DNA of 53,544 nt, filler included, from Sphacelaria rigidula (GCA_964200075.2; 5 parts of 5 records of this genome joined end to end with filler, not necessarily neighbours in it), one strand, 5' to 3'; shown: positions 38,677 to 51,630, numbered from the whole stretch's first letter. The notes: generated by a model from the letters alone, not told the origin. Translations and numbers: made by a program.

Positions 38677-38854
38677 CTGCAGAAACTGCTCCCGATGCAC
38701 TGGGCCCGAAGCGAGCAACGCCGCCACAAGTCTGAGCAATTCTCCCAGAAGCTTCCTCCCTTCCTCGGCTCGATCCGAGAAGTCGTCGATAGCAGACCCC
38801 GCCTTGCTTGCCGCGTCTGCCTCACTAGCGCTATCGGCAAGCTCGTCAACCACC
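38677..38854 (-). CDS. Isolated internal exon of an unidentified alpha-helical protein, antisense to PYC
   Basis: Acceptor TTTTGTACAG| and donor CAG|GTGAGA. The 178-nt GC-rich open frame reads VVDELADSASEADAASKAGSAIDDFSDRAEEGRKLLGELLRLVAALLASGPVHREQFLQ. Confidence 0.6.
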
Positions 38855-38934
38855 CTGTACAAAATTATGAGTATATGTCGATGGATTAATTGAATGACAA
38901 GTTGACTCAACTAATATATTATCGTACACTGGCC

Positions 38935-39310
38935 GGTCGCACCGGTAGCTCAGTTAGTAACCTCGAAACCTTCTGACGTTTGGTACGTGCGGGTTCGAAT
39001 CTCTCGGTGAAGACACACGCTCTTGGGTGTTTTTTACTCCTAGAATGCCCAACAGTACTCGTAAGTAGAGAGTGACCTTGTCGTGGGTACACGAAGTTCG
39101 ACTTCGAGGTCGACGAGGGGAAAGGAATCGCTGAACTCTTCTCGCGATAAAGGTAAGAGGCAAGCGCCGCAGAAGGAAGGAAGGTGGGATACTAGAACAA
39201 AACAAAACAAAAATCCTGTTTTGACCTTCCTTCTGTGTGACCTTGACTGATGCGCCCACATATATCAAAAGGTGTAAACTGGCATCAAGAATAAATGGCA
39301 TGACAACCCA
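38935..39310 (+). mobile_element. tRNA-derived SINE, family B
   Basis: GGTAGCTCAGTTAGT A box and GGTTCGAATCTC B box. The body ends TGTGTGACCT..GCGCCCACATATA..AGAATAAATGGCATGACAAC. Reverse copies at 43805-44169 and 49703-49930. Confidence 0.85.
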
Positions 39311-39589
39311 ACCCAACCGAACCTAACACATTAACTGATACACCCCGAATCTAGCCATCGTTACAGGATAAACGTGCGTACCGAAGCTGCCGAATCCGCG
39401 GTGCCTTTTTGTACATCAACGTTCCTTGTATTGGAAAATGATCAGTTTTACAACTTACATTTTTTTTCTTTTTTTTTTCCTGTTGATTCTGGTCGGCCAT
39501 CTCTTTCTGTGCTTTGCTTTTGTTTACTTTTACTATTATTATCATTATTCTGTTTTTCTTTCACGTCTTGGTCTACTGTGTCGTTCTGT

Positions 39590-39725
39590 TCGACTTTTTT
39601 TTCTCTTCTTTTTTTTCTCCAGCGAATATTTCAGTTCTGCTTTTTCTTGGGTAAGTGAATGATGCCACCACGGGGGTCAGTTGAACTGCGACGATCAATC
39701 AAAAATCAAATCAATCATATTCAAT
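39590..39725 (+). repeat. Retroposon 3'-tail remnant ending in (ATCA)n; related copies at about 1400-1545, 33880-33995 and 40150-40285
   Basis: T-rich tract followed by CAGCGAGT/CAGCGAAT..., then TCAGTTGAACTGCGAC-like sequence, then an ATCAATCAA microsatellite tail. Recurs in contigs 1 and 4. Confidence 0.55.
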
Positions 39726-40622
39726 CAAGGCAAACGAAAAAAAAGGGGGGGAGGGGGAGGAGACAAAGTGGGTGCATCCAGCACATATTTCAGCTCAGCT
39801 GTAGGTAGGTACAGGTGAACGCGCAAGTTGGAGCTGTCCTTGGTAGGCCCAAACCACTCAAAAATCAATCCCGTCGCAAAGGCAAAGCACCCACACCCCA
39901 TGCAGAGCATATACACCAACTTTCGAAAAAAAAAAGCGCGATTTCGGGCCGATTTGCACCGCGGGAAACAAGCGCCTCGCAGAGTACCCGATTTTGTTCG
40001 ACAATGGCAATGTTCAATATTGGACCACAGGGTATGAGTGTAGTTTATGCGCAAGACCCTTTCCACCGACTATGTAGCAGACGCCGGCTATTTCTATTCT
40101 TTTTTATTTCTTCTAATTTTTTTTTCCTGTTGTCTCCTGTTTGGTCTGTTCTACCTTCTCTGTTTTTTCTTCAGCGAGTGTTACAGCTTTGTTTTGTCTT
40201 GGGTACATCTATCGTGTGAACCGCGGCTGGATCCCTGAGGGATAAACTAAAGTACGACAAAAGATCAAATCGAAATCAACCAATATTGAGGAGATACCCA
40301 GCAATGACAACATTCGAATGCTGTTGCCCCTGAACACGCTGTGGGCATCGCCTAGAACGTCCTGTGCATGCACGAGGACAGCTCAAGCTTTACCTTGTAC
40401 GTACGCCGTTCGAGGAGCACAAATCAATCGTAGTCACCGGAGTTTTTTTTTTTTTTGGGGGGGGGGAAAGATGGAACAATTGAATCCCCGGGATGGTATG
40501 AATGTAGGGCTTCCGATGGTGCCTGTCATCCGTTCAAATTTTTTGTTGTCCAGTCGCACATGGCTGATACGTCGGTTTACACCCGCCTTCCACTGAGGGG
40601 GGAGCGAATGCGTTGACTTGAT

Positions 40623-40888
40623 CCCCGGAGTAATGCTACGGTAGGGGTGCACAAATATTTTGTGAGGTTAGAATTGTTAGGAACCCTTCATCTCATCGAC
40701 AACGCAACTTATGAAATATGTAAGAGTACGCCAGGATTATTATTCCGATGTGATGGTGATATACCGAATCAATTTGCAAACGGGGACGCCCTGACCCATA
40801 TTATCGTGCATCTAGAATTTTTGGGAGCCCTTGAACCAAACAAGATTTTGCGCAAAAAGTGCACCCCTACCGTAGCATTGCTCCCCGG
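40623..40888. mobile_element. MITE with ~25-bp TIR
   Basis: GGAGTAATGCTACGGTAGGGGTGCAC...GTGCACCCCTACCGTAGCATTGCTCC inverted ends; non-coding; same family as 32338-33730. Confidence 0.85.
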
Positions 40889-42817
40889 TGAAGGGCGGGT
40901 GGGCGTAAGGGGTCATAAAATAATAGTTTCAGGTTGAGGACGTTTCAGCGATGCCTCCTGTTGAGGGGCATCGACGTTCGTGGGTACTACGCCAAAACGG
41001 TAAATGATCCATGAGGTTGCTTGAGGGGAGAAATCGATTCACCTCCGTCTCCGGGATGGTATATCTAGTGCAGTTGGTGGGGACGCGGGAATACATTTCG
41101 TAGGTTGTAGGTTTCTATGATGGTATAGGTCACTTGTTCAGAATCATTGTTGTACTGCCACAAATGGAATATACTTTGGATAGCACCCCCTTTCCGCGGA
41201 GGATGTTTGAGCGGGGATGCGTTCATTCATTCGCGAGGAAGGGGGGCGGGGGAAAGGGGCATCACAAAATAAAAGGGGAGGAGGGTAAGAACGTTCTAAC
41301 GACATCTACCGCGTGTTGAGGGTCAAAGGCATTGATATGTTGCAGACCATGGCGGTAGGTGACAGTCCTTGAACGTGCCTCGGGCGGGGATGGAACGGTT
41401 TCGTCCCCGGGGCAGTGCGGCTACTGGGAACGGTACCACTATTTAGGCCAGGATGAAGACTCCCTAGTGGCACCGGTCACGTGTTAACCCTTTTGGGACC
41501 AGATTCCCCATAATGGTATCTTTGTGGCCCTTCTCGCTTTCCCCGCAAAATCGTGGATTAGTGGCAGGTGTTCATTTGTGTTGTTTTCAAGTCAAGATAA
41601 TGCCAATTCTCACCTTAGGTGTCCATTTTTTTTGTTTCCGAGTCAAAATGATGCTGATTTTTGTAGTGAAATGTGACATTCAACCGATCAGAGACCCGTC
41701 AGTGAGGAATCGGCGGAATCTAGCGCCAATGTAATGTGACCTTCGCAGTGAATTATATAGTGAAAAATGTCAATTCGCAGAGTCGTGTCACACCTGTAGT
41801 GTACGCAGGGACGGATAGAACAGCACCAGAGAAACGAAGCTGCAGGCAGACAAGCAAACAGCGAGTGGTACATTGCCGTCGTAGTGGGTCATTGCGATGC
41901 CCGTGTATCGGTATAAGGAGGGGGGGGTCAAACGATCCGGATTATGATCCGGATTAGTATACTGAGAACAAGTAATTTTCAGAGGGATCATGACTTGTCC
42001 GACGTGTGCAACTTTGTGATTTCTGCACAGTCGAGCGACTCTATACAGAGTGGGCTTCCCATTTCGTATCAAGCTGGCCATTTTTACTCGGGCGTACAGA
42101 ATGGTAACAGTCGCGTATGCCGAATTATGTCCCCACAAACAGATGGTGAATGAAAACAACAGAAACGGTCATTTTGTACCTCCAATCTGTTCCCATAACG
42201 CGTGGTATCAAGCTAGCGAACGCAAGATGCTCAAGTCAGGGCAAATGCTCGAGCAAGTATACATTCTCAAGTCGCTTCATATGCTCAAGCCAGTCCCACG
42301 AAACAGCAGCAATGGTCACAGCAACAACGTCCGCCCCAATCCCAACTAAAACCGAAACCAAAAATTACATAGCAAGAACATAAAAACCAAGAAAGAAAGG
42401 AAAAAAAAAAAAACTAGAAAAAATGTAGATTCGCTCCTCTTGTCCCTCTTTTTTTATATATATTTTCTTCTTTCGTGCCCCGTTTTACCCTACCTTGCCG
42501 CCGTGTAGAGCAAGGCCCGGCAACCCCCGACACGGAACCATGCATCAAAAACGCCTCCTCGTGTTGCCAAAGCCGGAGAAACATCCGCGCCCGAGTAGGG
42601 CATGACCAACTTGAGGGGACCTTCTAGTCTCGCGAGGTTGCCCCCCTGTCCACCGGTGGATTGCGTCGTCGCCACGGTCGGACTGAAGAGAAAAGGGGGG
42701 ACAAAAAGAGAAGACGGAATGAAGTGATTCGGCTCAGCGGGGGGGCGGCGGGGGGGGATGCAAGAGGTGCGGAGTGTGTACCGGCGGGGGTTGGGGGTGT
42801 ACTCATGATCATGCATG

Positions 42818-42917
42818 NNNNNNNNNNNNNNNNNNNNNNNNNNNNNNNNNNNNNNNNNNNNTTAATTAATTAANNNNNNNNNNNNNNNNNNNNNNNNNNN
42901 NNNNNNNNNNNNNNNNN
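42818..42917. other. Artificial contig-joining linker
   Basis: N44-TTAATTAATTAA-N44. Confidence 0.99.
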
Positions 42918-43804
42918 GTATCGGTGGGGTGTGAGATGTCCCAAATACCGGTACCGGGTACCTACCTTACCTACGGTGCCTGTGGAAGAATTCTCTTTGC
43001 AGTGAGACATCAGAGATCGATGCCACACACGTACGGGGAACAAGCGCATGCAGGTACGGGGTATTCACGATCCAGAAGGATCCGACTACCCCGGACCCTG
43101 TATAGCCGACGATCCTAGACAACTCGAGGTGATGCCAGTTCGGGCCTGATATTACGGTGGCCGAGCATCCCCGAGGAACTGGTCCACCTTACGTGGACCA
43201 CTCCTCTGACCCACTTCTTGCGTGCAACGACATCGACAACGACAGTCTTACCCGTAGGCCTCTCTTTACACGACATCGACACCGACACTGCCCCGCCCCA
43301 ACTTCGTCGGACATCTCTCTCGACTGCATACTCGTCGAAGTCGTCGCCCTCCTCCGCGTTCGCCGAAGACAGACCCTCGATCATGATCGTACACAATCGA
43401 TCGCACAGCCGATTTGGGGGGTATTGAGCACCGCTTATACCCTGCCGGTACTGGCATATTAGGAATAGATGCTTCCTCAATCTCCTGCTGGTGAGCGTGG
43501 GCAAGAAAGTGTGGAAGAGGGGACAGGGGTGGACCTCCTTTCCGTGTAATGTTGCACCTGACGGCGCCGCGGGGTGTGTGCAACCATGTACTGTAGTGAA
43601 TGAGATGTGAACAACATGCAGTACACACAGTGCAGCACTGGTTTTACTCTCCATGTACAGTAGGATCTGACGACGATTCCAGCAACTTCAGTGCAGACTG
43701 CGCAATACGGTCTGTCCTGTCTACGTACTGTACGGTTGAATGAAGAAAAAATCGAACAACGTGCAGTATACACAGTACTGTCTGCACTGCCGGCATTCGG
43801 TAGG

Positions 43805-44169
43805 ATGTGTGTTGTGTGTGTTGTCATCCCATTTACTCTGGACGCCAGTCTAGACCTTTCGGTATATGTGGGCGCATCAGCCGAGGTCACACAGGACGAA
43901 GACCAACACAGGAGTTTCTTCTTCTTCCTTCCTTTGTAGTACTCCACCTTCCTTCTGCGGTGCTTGCTCTTTTTTACCGCGAGAGTGGTCCAGCAGTCCC
44001 TTTCCCTTGACAGTCAAGTCGAACTTTTGTGTACCCACGACATGGTCGCTCTCCACCGCTGGGCATGGTGTGAGAAAAAATCCCAGATCGTGTGACTGCA
44101 CCGAGATTCGAATCCGCGACCCAACCGTCAGAAGGTTTCGAGGCTACCAACTGAGCCACCGGGGCGACC
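43805..44169 (-). mobile_element. tRNA-derived SINE, family B (full-length reverse copy)
   Basis: The reverse complement reads GGTCGCCCCGGTGGCTCAGTTGGTAGCCTCGAAACCTTCTGACGG...GGATTCGAATCTC...CAGAGTAAATGGGATGACAACACAC, colinear with 38935-39310. Confidence 0.85.
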
Positions 44170-44504
44170 GGTTTGGAAAAAGGATTTCAACAAAGTGCAG
44201 TACAGACAGTTTGCATTGTCTGCATACAGCAGTACAGCGGTTTGCAGATGATAAATACTGGCACCGCGGTGTATTCGGCGGTGCAAACGGGGTGGTCACT
44301 GATTATGATCCTACCACCACTGGCCAGACGCCGTTGCTTGCCTGTGTTGAACCGGGGCGATGTGCGTGCGACGAATCGTGGACGGTGAACCACTGAGGGT
44401 TACCTTTGAAAAATACAGAAAGCACCGCGCGGTCCTGTGCACCTTTTGCCGCACCTCGTGGCTTCACACGACCATGGTTTATCTCCACGGCACGACCACG
44501 GTAG

Positions 44505-44656
44505 GATGGATTCAATCACGCACGTCGAGAGGGCTCGAATCACACACGTCAAGATGTCTCGAATCACACACGTCAAAATGGCTCGAATCACAGCCGTCAG
44601 ATGGCTCGAATCACCCTTCTCTTTACAGCAGAACTACTCAAGGTGGCTCGGATCAC
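44505..44656. repeat. Degenerate ~24-bp minisatellite (GGCTCGAATCACACACGTCAAGAT)
   Basis: About 5-6 imperfect units containing CTCGAATCAC. Confidence 0.8.
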
Positions 44657-47600
44657 ATGTCCTGATAGAAAACACAGCGGAGAAGATCAGGTGTGCACGC
44701 GATGTTGCACCTGGTTTTCAGTACGTATGATGTCTTCCCCCTCCACATCGATCGCCTGTTATGGCCGACCCAGATCCATGGCATCATATCCAACTGAAGC
44801 ACCGCTGAAGCTGCTGCCCCCCGACGGTCGCTATACAGGGCGGTTGTGTGTGTGTGTGGTAGCTACGGCGAGATAGCTACGGATGTTGATGTTCACTAAA
44901 GCAAACCCACCGACGCAGAAAACGGCACACAGATATGTACGAGTAGCGGTTTTCATATATCAACGTGCATGAGCATCGGAACAGTAACAGCTCCTCTCGC
45001 GTGGCGCTCATCCTTGGCGAATCGTGCGTATTTCACGTGGCCCTTAGAGCTCAACCAGGGCAAACATGCGTGGCTTGCGCAGCTTTCATAGCCCACCCAG
45101 GGCGAATATGCGCTGATGAGCTACGAGCTGGTAGCTCACCCACGGCGACCATGCGTAGCTCATCTAGCCCTCATAGCTAACTCAGGGTAGACAAACCCTG
45201 GTGGGCTACGGGTTGGTAGCCCACCGAGGGCAAACATGAGTAGCTCATGTAGCTCTCATAGGCTCCGTACGGAGCTACGCTGACAAAAAGCTAGCTCGGG
45301 ACTGCGATGCTATGGGTAAAAAAATTGAAAACGCGATTTTTTAAGCGCCCGATGTTTTGCCATCTCTTCCTCGTCTACATTGTCGTCATCTCCAAGAGAT
45401 TGTCAGGTCTCGCACCAGGCCGTGGACGCTGAAACGTAGAATCCTCAGACTGCGCGCCTAGGCTTGGACCAGTTTCGCCCGCTGACAGCCCAGAGACATC
45501 CAGGGGTTTCCAGTGGGCAGGGGGCTGGGTGGCTGTGGCCAAAACAACCGGAACGCTCACGACGTCAACCACGCGTGATTGGAATATTCCACAGGAACAA
45601 AATTGAGCCGGGAACGAATCTCGAAATGAGCGGAGTGGCCATTTTGATTGCTGCGATTGGTCAATTTGATCACTTCGTTCCCCTACAGAAAACCTGCAGA
45701 TAACCTACCTCGCAGCATAGCTGTATTCGACCATTTGGGTAATGACGACTCAAACATGAAGAAGCATAGGCAGAGGACGTCCGTTTTGCTCTGTTCGTAG
45801 TTTTTGCCCCTTGTCTGGCCAATCTTGTGCAGTCAACACAGCTTCACACAGTCTGCATCAATCAGCTATTAAGTGACACGTTTGACTTTTGTGTGACCTT
45901 GGTGAATTAGGGAATGTTCCTCTCTGGCTTTTGAGACAATCTTCTGGCGGTAGATTGTTGTTGTTGTTGTCTTCACACTAAAAACCGTTCCGATATCTGC
46001 GCAGTACTCTGTACTGGGCATCTGCTGCGGACGCCTTCCATGGTCACAGGCTAACTACCCCAAGCGAGGATAACAAAAATCATAAAATGAAAATCGGACC
46101 CGGAAACATTTCACAGTGGATGAAGCCCGAAAACCGATGCCATTAGTACGCGTAGCTCTGTTGCGGGGTGCCGATGATGGTGGCTGTGCACTGGAAGACG
46201 ACTGCGTGAGGATATTCTAGGGAGTGTTTTTGTACTCGTCTGCACTGACGTGCATCTTTCACGGGTGTTCTCATGTGAGGGACACCGAAATTATCAACCA
46301 TGCATACCATTTCCGAACCTTCGCACGTGCACGGGTCTGACAATCCTGCATTGCGGCGAAGTGTCGGACAAGAATCGTGAAAATACCAGCCATTCGTGCA
46401 TAGAAAGAACATACGTGCTCAGGACGGAAAAGGTTGAATTTTGATTGATCGATTTGGGTTATAGTCGCACGTGAACTGATTTAACCGGGGATCCGGCCGT
46501 GGTCACATAATGGGTGTACCCGAGATACAACGAAACGGAAACACTGTTTACGTACATGTGTCTCCGCCGAGAACATCGGCTTCAACCATACAGTACGGTA
46601 CAGCCGATACGTCGTACAGTACCGTGAATACTGCACGTAGACTGTGAATAGTAACTGCACGATGCTACACCCACCAGCAATCATGCGATCTCTGGTTAAT
46701 TACTGGCAGGCACGAATCGCTGTGGTTCACTTCAGTCGGGTAGCAATACATGTCGAAGGCTAGAATGGACCTGATACGAGGGTGATATTTCCATGACATA
46801 TATATATATATATATATATATGGAGTGTCAGTGATACAGCGTATGCCAGACATGCCCTAAAAACACGGAAATTGGCTTGACATATTCGATATCGGGGTGC
46901 ACCGATAAGTCGATATGGGCTACTAACTGATGAGCATCCCTATAATTTGTGCGACGGATCACTCTCTACAACGACGAAATAATGTTCTTTCTTATCAACG
47001 CCGACACTGTTTCGAAAAGGGTCCGTCAGTTTCCACCGTGTTTTCGTTGACGATCAAAGTACCCCGAGAAGTGCCGCTGTTTGTCGTCTTATCACCCACT
47101 GCCATTGAAATACACGTCAAAAACTTTTTTCATTTGTTATCAGGGCCTACATGAACACAGCAGCAACAACCTAACGTCCGAAGCTCCTGGATAACAGAAA
47201 TTTCCCTCTGTAAAAAGCTACACCTGCCCACGAGTGAGGGACAAGTGCAACAGACGTCCGTTAAATAACGCACCGGATCGTGTGGGACCACCGCAGATTG
47301 AAACATACGGGATCATCCAAAGAGGACATAACGAAGCCGCACGGACGGCGGCGAAACCGGTAATAACGGACTGGAGCATTTCGGGCCGACGCAGGATCAT
47401 ACTGAAACCTGAACATACCGGAACGAATAGAGCCCGGACCGCAGACAACCGAATATGCATTCCTACGCAAGTGGACTCGACTGGCAGAGGACGGATAGCG
47501 GCGCACAAGTGGCCGGCACGGGCCTTCCTCGGGTGAGAGCCGCGTCCCAAGCTGGTGCCGCTGCAGCAAGGGCGCGGCGTGGTTGGCGGATATGGAGTCG

Positions 47601-49702
47601 TTGCAAAGAGTGGGAGAGGGGATGGGATTCTGGAGACACCAGGTATGCTGGGGAAATTTGCAACATTTGCTACGCATTGTGTTGTGAATACGATGTCGAG
47701 CAAGGATGGTACGTACACGTCTTCGGCGAACCGTAAGCCATGTTTGGTAGTGTTATATTAGTGCTATGGGTGGTTATTCTATACGACTGTTTTGGGGCGA
47801 GAGGGAGTCTGCTCTTCTCCCCCGACTCTGTTCCGCAGCGGCGCTGCGGGATTGATTGGTCATGGAGATATGAAAACTTGAGCCTCATGCCGAAGCATGG
47901 GGTGATATCGGGAGCCTTCTCAAAATTAGCATGCTTCGAGTAGAAATTTGCCACGTTTTGAATCCGTGGTGTTTAGAAACAATTCCCCGAGTACTATTTT
48001 TTTTTGCCGTTTCTGTGTTCGTTTTTTTTTGTGAAAATCAGTCGATCATCTTGGAGCAATTCCAAACTTTTGCATTTCAACTGATTTCTGAATCGCACAG
48101 ATTTTATCGACTCAGAACAAAATGTTAATATATACCTCTCTCTGTCATCTCTGTGATCGCGGGTCGTAGTCACGATAAGACAACACCTTGTGTGTAGCAC
48201 CTTGGTTGCACTCCGTACGAATGACTACAAATATGCACCGGACATGAAAAGCTTCTTCATGGTGCAAGTAACAGGCGGATGTGGGGGACACTGAAACTAA
48301 TCGATGTTTTTTGGCACTTTTTCAGTAGTCTCTAGCTCAGATTCTCAATGGGAAAAGTGTCCTGAGGGTGCGAATCAACCGTATCGTCGTGCAGCTTGGG
48401 ATCATGAGAACACGACTAGTTCGCGTATAGTTGGGACTACAAAAGCATGAGTTCGCTGGAAAGTCGAGGTTGGCAACATGACCTTTTTCCCCCGCTCTCA
48501 GGAGGCAACTGGTGGGTAAGATTCAGTTTTGGCCGGGAACAGCACACTTGGAAAGTACCAGTGATTGCTGCACAACCAAGAGGCAGAGTTTTAACCAAGA
48601 TCACCTCTGACGTAAACATGGAACATCTTTTTCCATTAACAACTGTGGGTACTTGCGAACTACGCCTCGCTACCACGAGGTTACGAACTCTGGACCCAAG
48701 CGAAACATCATCATCCCGCGTTGCTTCTCGTAGTAAAGGCCGTATGCCGGGTGCGGGGGGAGGGCGGAAAACGATATATACCCCGCGTTGTGAGCATGGG
48801 CTGATCGTGCGGCGTACGATATGCAAAGGAGTCCCCAGCCCTCGTGCAGTAGCCTCAACGGTTGCCCTCGCCTAATTGCCAACGCTGCGCCTGGTTTGAC
48901 GGAAATCTCGTGCGCACATCAGGCGCTACGACAGCTTGCGTGTACTGCTGGGACAGAGTAAATTGCTGCATTTTCACCGACTCTACTTATTATGTTGTTT
49001 GTACTGTCGTAAAGCTGAGAATCACTGCAAATCAACGTGAATGACTGTGGCGAAAATGGAAAATCTTCAACATTGGTGTAGATGACGCTGGTCACAGCAC
49101 CTTCCAGGTGTTTTTGATCAAGAGAAAGGTGTCAGCCAGCCTTCTAAGCTGTTCTTGGAAGCGCAAACTGCGGTACGCCACCATTAGTAACAGCACCACG
49201 AACCAGCACTCTTGTGGATAACTGTAGTGTAGCGTTTGTTGCGTGGGATGGCAATGGGCGCGCTGTCCGGACAGCTAGCGGTATACCTTGCGTTTGGCTG
49301 TCGGACAGGATGTGATCGGGCTACGCAGTGTAGTTGGCTTCGCAAGAATACCTTGTGCCGCGCTTGGGTCGTACTTGAGAGTTCTCAATGATGTCGGACA
49401 GGATGTTCTCGTCTGAAATCGCCGACTTCTCGCTGGTGGGTTGAGAGGAGGATGATCTGCTGTGTGGCGGTACACGGTTTTGGGATCGAACTTCCCACTA
49501 GCGTTCAGGCTTGAGAACGCCGGCTGCCTTTGGGGGAAAATAAGTTGTGAAACATGATCAAGTTATTATCTTCCCGCCACAAAAAAGACAACGAGGTGCT
49601 TCTTGTGTGACTCCAACGAAGGTGGTGGGGTGATCTTTGGTCTTCCGATGCCCGTCGTTGCTGTTCCGAGATTATTTCGCCTGACCGTCCCGCAAGTTTT
49701 TT

Positions 49703-49930
49703 TGTGTTGTTGTTGTCGTGCCATCTATTCTGGACGCCGGTCTACACCTTTTGGTGTATTTCGGCGCACCAGCGGGGGTCACACAGGAAGAATGCCATCA
49801 CAGGATTTCTTTTTTTCTCCCACCTTCCTTTTGCGGTGCTTGCCTTTTATTTTTTATCGCGAGAGGGGTTCAGCAGTCCCCTTCAATCGTCGACCATTGA
49901 GTCAAATTTTGAATGTTTTCCGCACCCGTA
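49703..49930 (-). mobile_element. SINE family B, 3' fragment
   Basis: TTGTCGTGCCATCTATTCTGGACGCCGGTCTACACCTTTTGG...GGTCACACAGG matches the 3' half of 43805-44169. Confidence 0.8.
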
Positions 49931-49940
49931 GATAGTCAAC

Positions 49941-50217
49941 TCGCCCCGATGGTCTAATGGTGCAACTAACATCGTCTGGTTGGGAAGTGCGGGTTCGATT
50001 CCCGGCAAATGCATTGGGGTTTTTCTGGGAATTTTCTGATTCTCGTCGCGGAAAACGTGCGAACGTCATTTCGAAAAAGAGTCTTGTTTACGGTCGATGC
50101 CATGCGATTAGTTGGTGCAGTTCGCGGTACCAAATCGTAAGGCGCGTATCGAGGAGAGATAGATTGATCCCTCGAGACCACGGACTCGTCCTGCGGAAAG
50201 GGAGGGGTCGGAGATGT
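49941..50217 (+). mobile_element. tRNA-derived SINE, family A
   Basis: GATGGTCTAATGG A box, GGTTCGATTCCC B box and 3' GAGACCACGGACTCGTCC..GGAAAGGGAGGGG. Confidence 0.8.
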
Positions 50218-50571
50218 GCTTTACGTGGCAGCAGAAACAATGCGCGCTAAAATGGACATGGGCAGTTCGCGCGAGTGGTCCGAAAGAGGAAAGTTTGATA
50301 AAAAAAAAGTGTGCCACAGAGAGAATGATGCACTCTTTAATCCATCGTGCAATATTTTGTTGCCCTGTGCTGACATCTCCGTACGTTGATGACCGTGTGT
50401 AATGGTGGTGCGATCAAGGGTAATATCTTGCTGTACTGAGGCAACAGCATGCAGGGTTTGGGGACGAGTATGACTTCCGGTACATGCGTGGCAACGGTGG
50501 TGGGCCTTATCTTTCCCCTATAATGACTATTTCGAAACCTCCCCACCCCCCAGCCATCTGGCTCGCCCATG

Positions 50572-51075
50572 GGGTTGGCGTCGGTTGGCAATGACGCTGT
50601 AAATTACCCCACTCACTGCGTAAGCTAGGCAACCAGTTTACCGTTTTTTGTGCTTGCGGTTTTTTTGCGGTTACCATGGTGGTGGTTGAGCTAGATCATA
50701 TTATGCGTGATGGGAAAACATCAGTCCCGCGCAAAGGGGATGGTCATACTATGTAGTGTCAAGTGGTGAGACACTCATGAGGCAGTGTAAGCCGTGGTTT
50801 TCTCTGGAAGTGGCGTAACCAGATAATGAAGCAAGTCATGGGAGGCTGTCATCCATATGCAAGATAATCAGTACGCTTCGGGCCGAAAAATGTTGGCAAG
50901 ACGTATGCAGCCTACCAATCATGCGCCTCGCCAAACACATCACCGCGCTTCGCGCTTGGTGATTAATTGCGAGCCAGGTTGAGCGAAAACCCCGCGTGCT
51001 TCGTCCCGGCTTTGTAGGGATGCCAGGTCAAAGGTCATATGACTACGGCATGCATGATCATGAGTGCACCCCCCC
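50572..51075 (+). mobile_element. Second copy of the ~550-bp repeat family (see 13776-14335)
   Basis: Colinear homology; ends GACTACGGCATGCATGATCATGAGTGCACCCCC. Confidence 0.85.
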
Positions 51076-51199
51076 CTCCCCTCTGCTCCGTCTCGAAAGG
51101 GATGCGTGGTCAATGGCAGAACGGCTAATGCGAGCAACGAATGAGTACGCTCTCCCCCCCTTCCCCCTCCCCAGCCGAATGGACTTGCACGAAAAAAAT

Positions 51200-51630
51200 G
51201 AAACCACGAGTTCGGATGGGGGACCGAGACCTGCCAGAAAGAAAAGATATTTCAGTAGCCGAGTTGAGGGGGAAGTGGATGCACAGAAATGCCCCTGTGG
51301 CAAAACGATAGAATAGAACTCATATAGCGGCAGAATGTAAACTATACAAGGGGGGACAGTGCGTGCTGGAGGGGGAAATGTGGGGAGTAAACGAAGGTGG
51401 CATGGAATCGTTTGATGAATTAGACAGTAGCGAGAAATCGATGGCTGTACTAGGAGCTAGATGGTGGCCACAGGACGCGGATAAGATATGTGAACGACTT
51501 TTGTGTAGTGTATGAAAGAAACGTAATGAGCACCCAAGCGTTGGAGGTGGCCCTATTAGGAGTTGGAACGGTGCTCTGTCTCAAAAGGTACGCATGATCA
51601 ATGGTCACACGAATAAGTCAAGCAAAAAAT
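51200..51630 (+). mobile_element. LINE 3'-end remnant (C-terminal CCHC-like zinc motif and 3' UTR)
   Basis: The translation DAQKCPCGKTIE (frameshift) RTHIAAECKLY resembles the CCHC motif at the end of non-LTR ORF2. A tail-like sequence GCATGATCAATGGTCA..AAGCAA follows, with a related short copy at about 51100-51145. Confidence 0.6.

Noticed and set aside
41484..41505. piggyBac-like end TTAACCCTTTTGGGACC (similar motif at 32753-32768)
   Set aside because: No matching opposite end could be located on the contig, so no element can be delimited.
43440..43497. Ubiquitin-specific protease Cys-box-like peptide (IRNRCFLNLLL|GTGAGC)
   Set aside because: It needs frameshifts to resemble GLxNLGNTCFxN, and no other USP motif was found on the contig. 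Too short to support.
44505..44656. Short repeated CTCGAATCAC motif as a CRISPR or iteron array
   Set aside because: The intervening bases are themselves similar and only about 14 nt long; this is a degenerate minisatellite.
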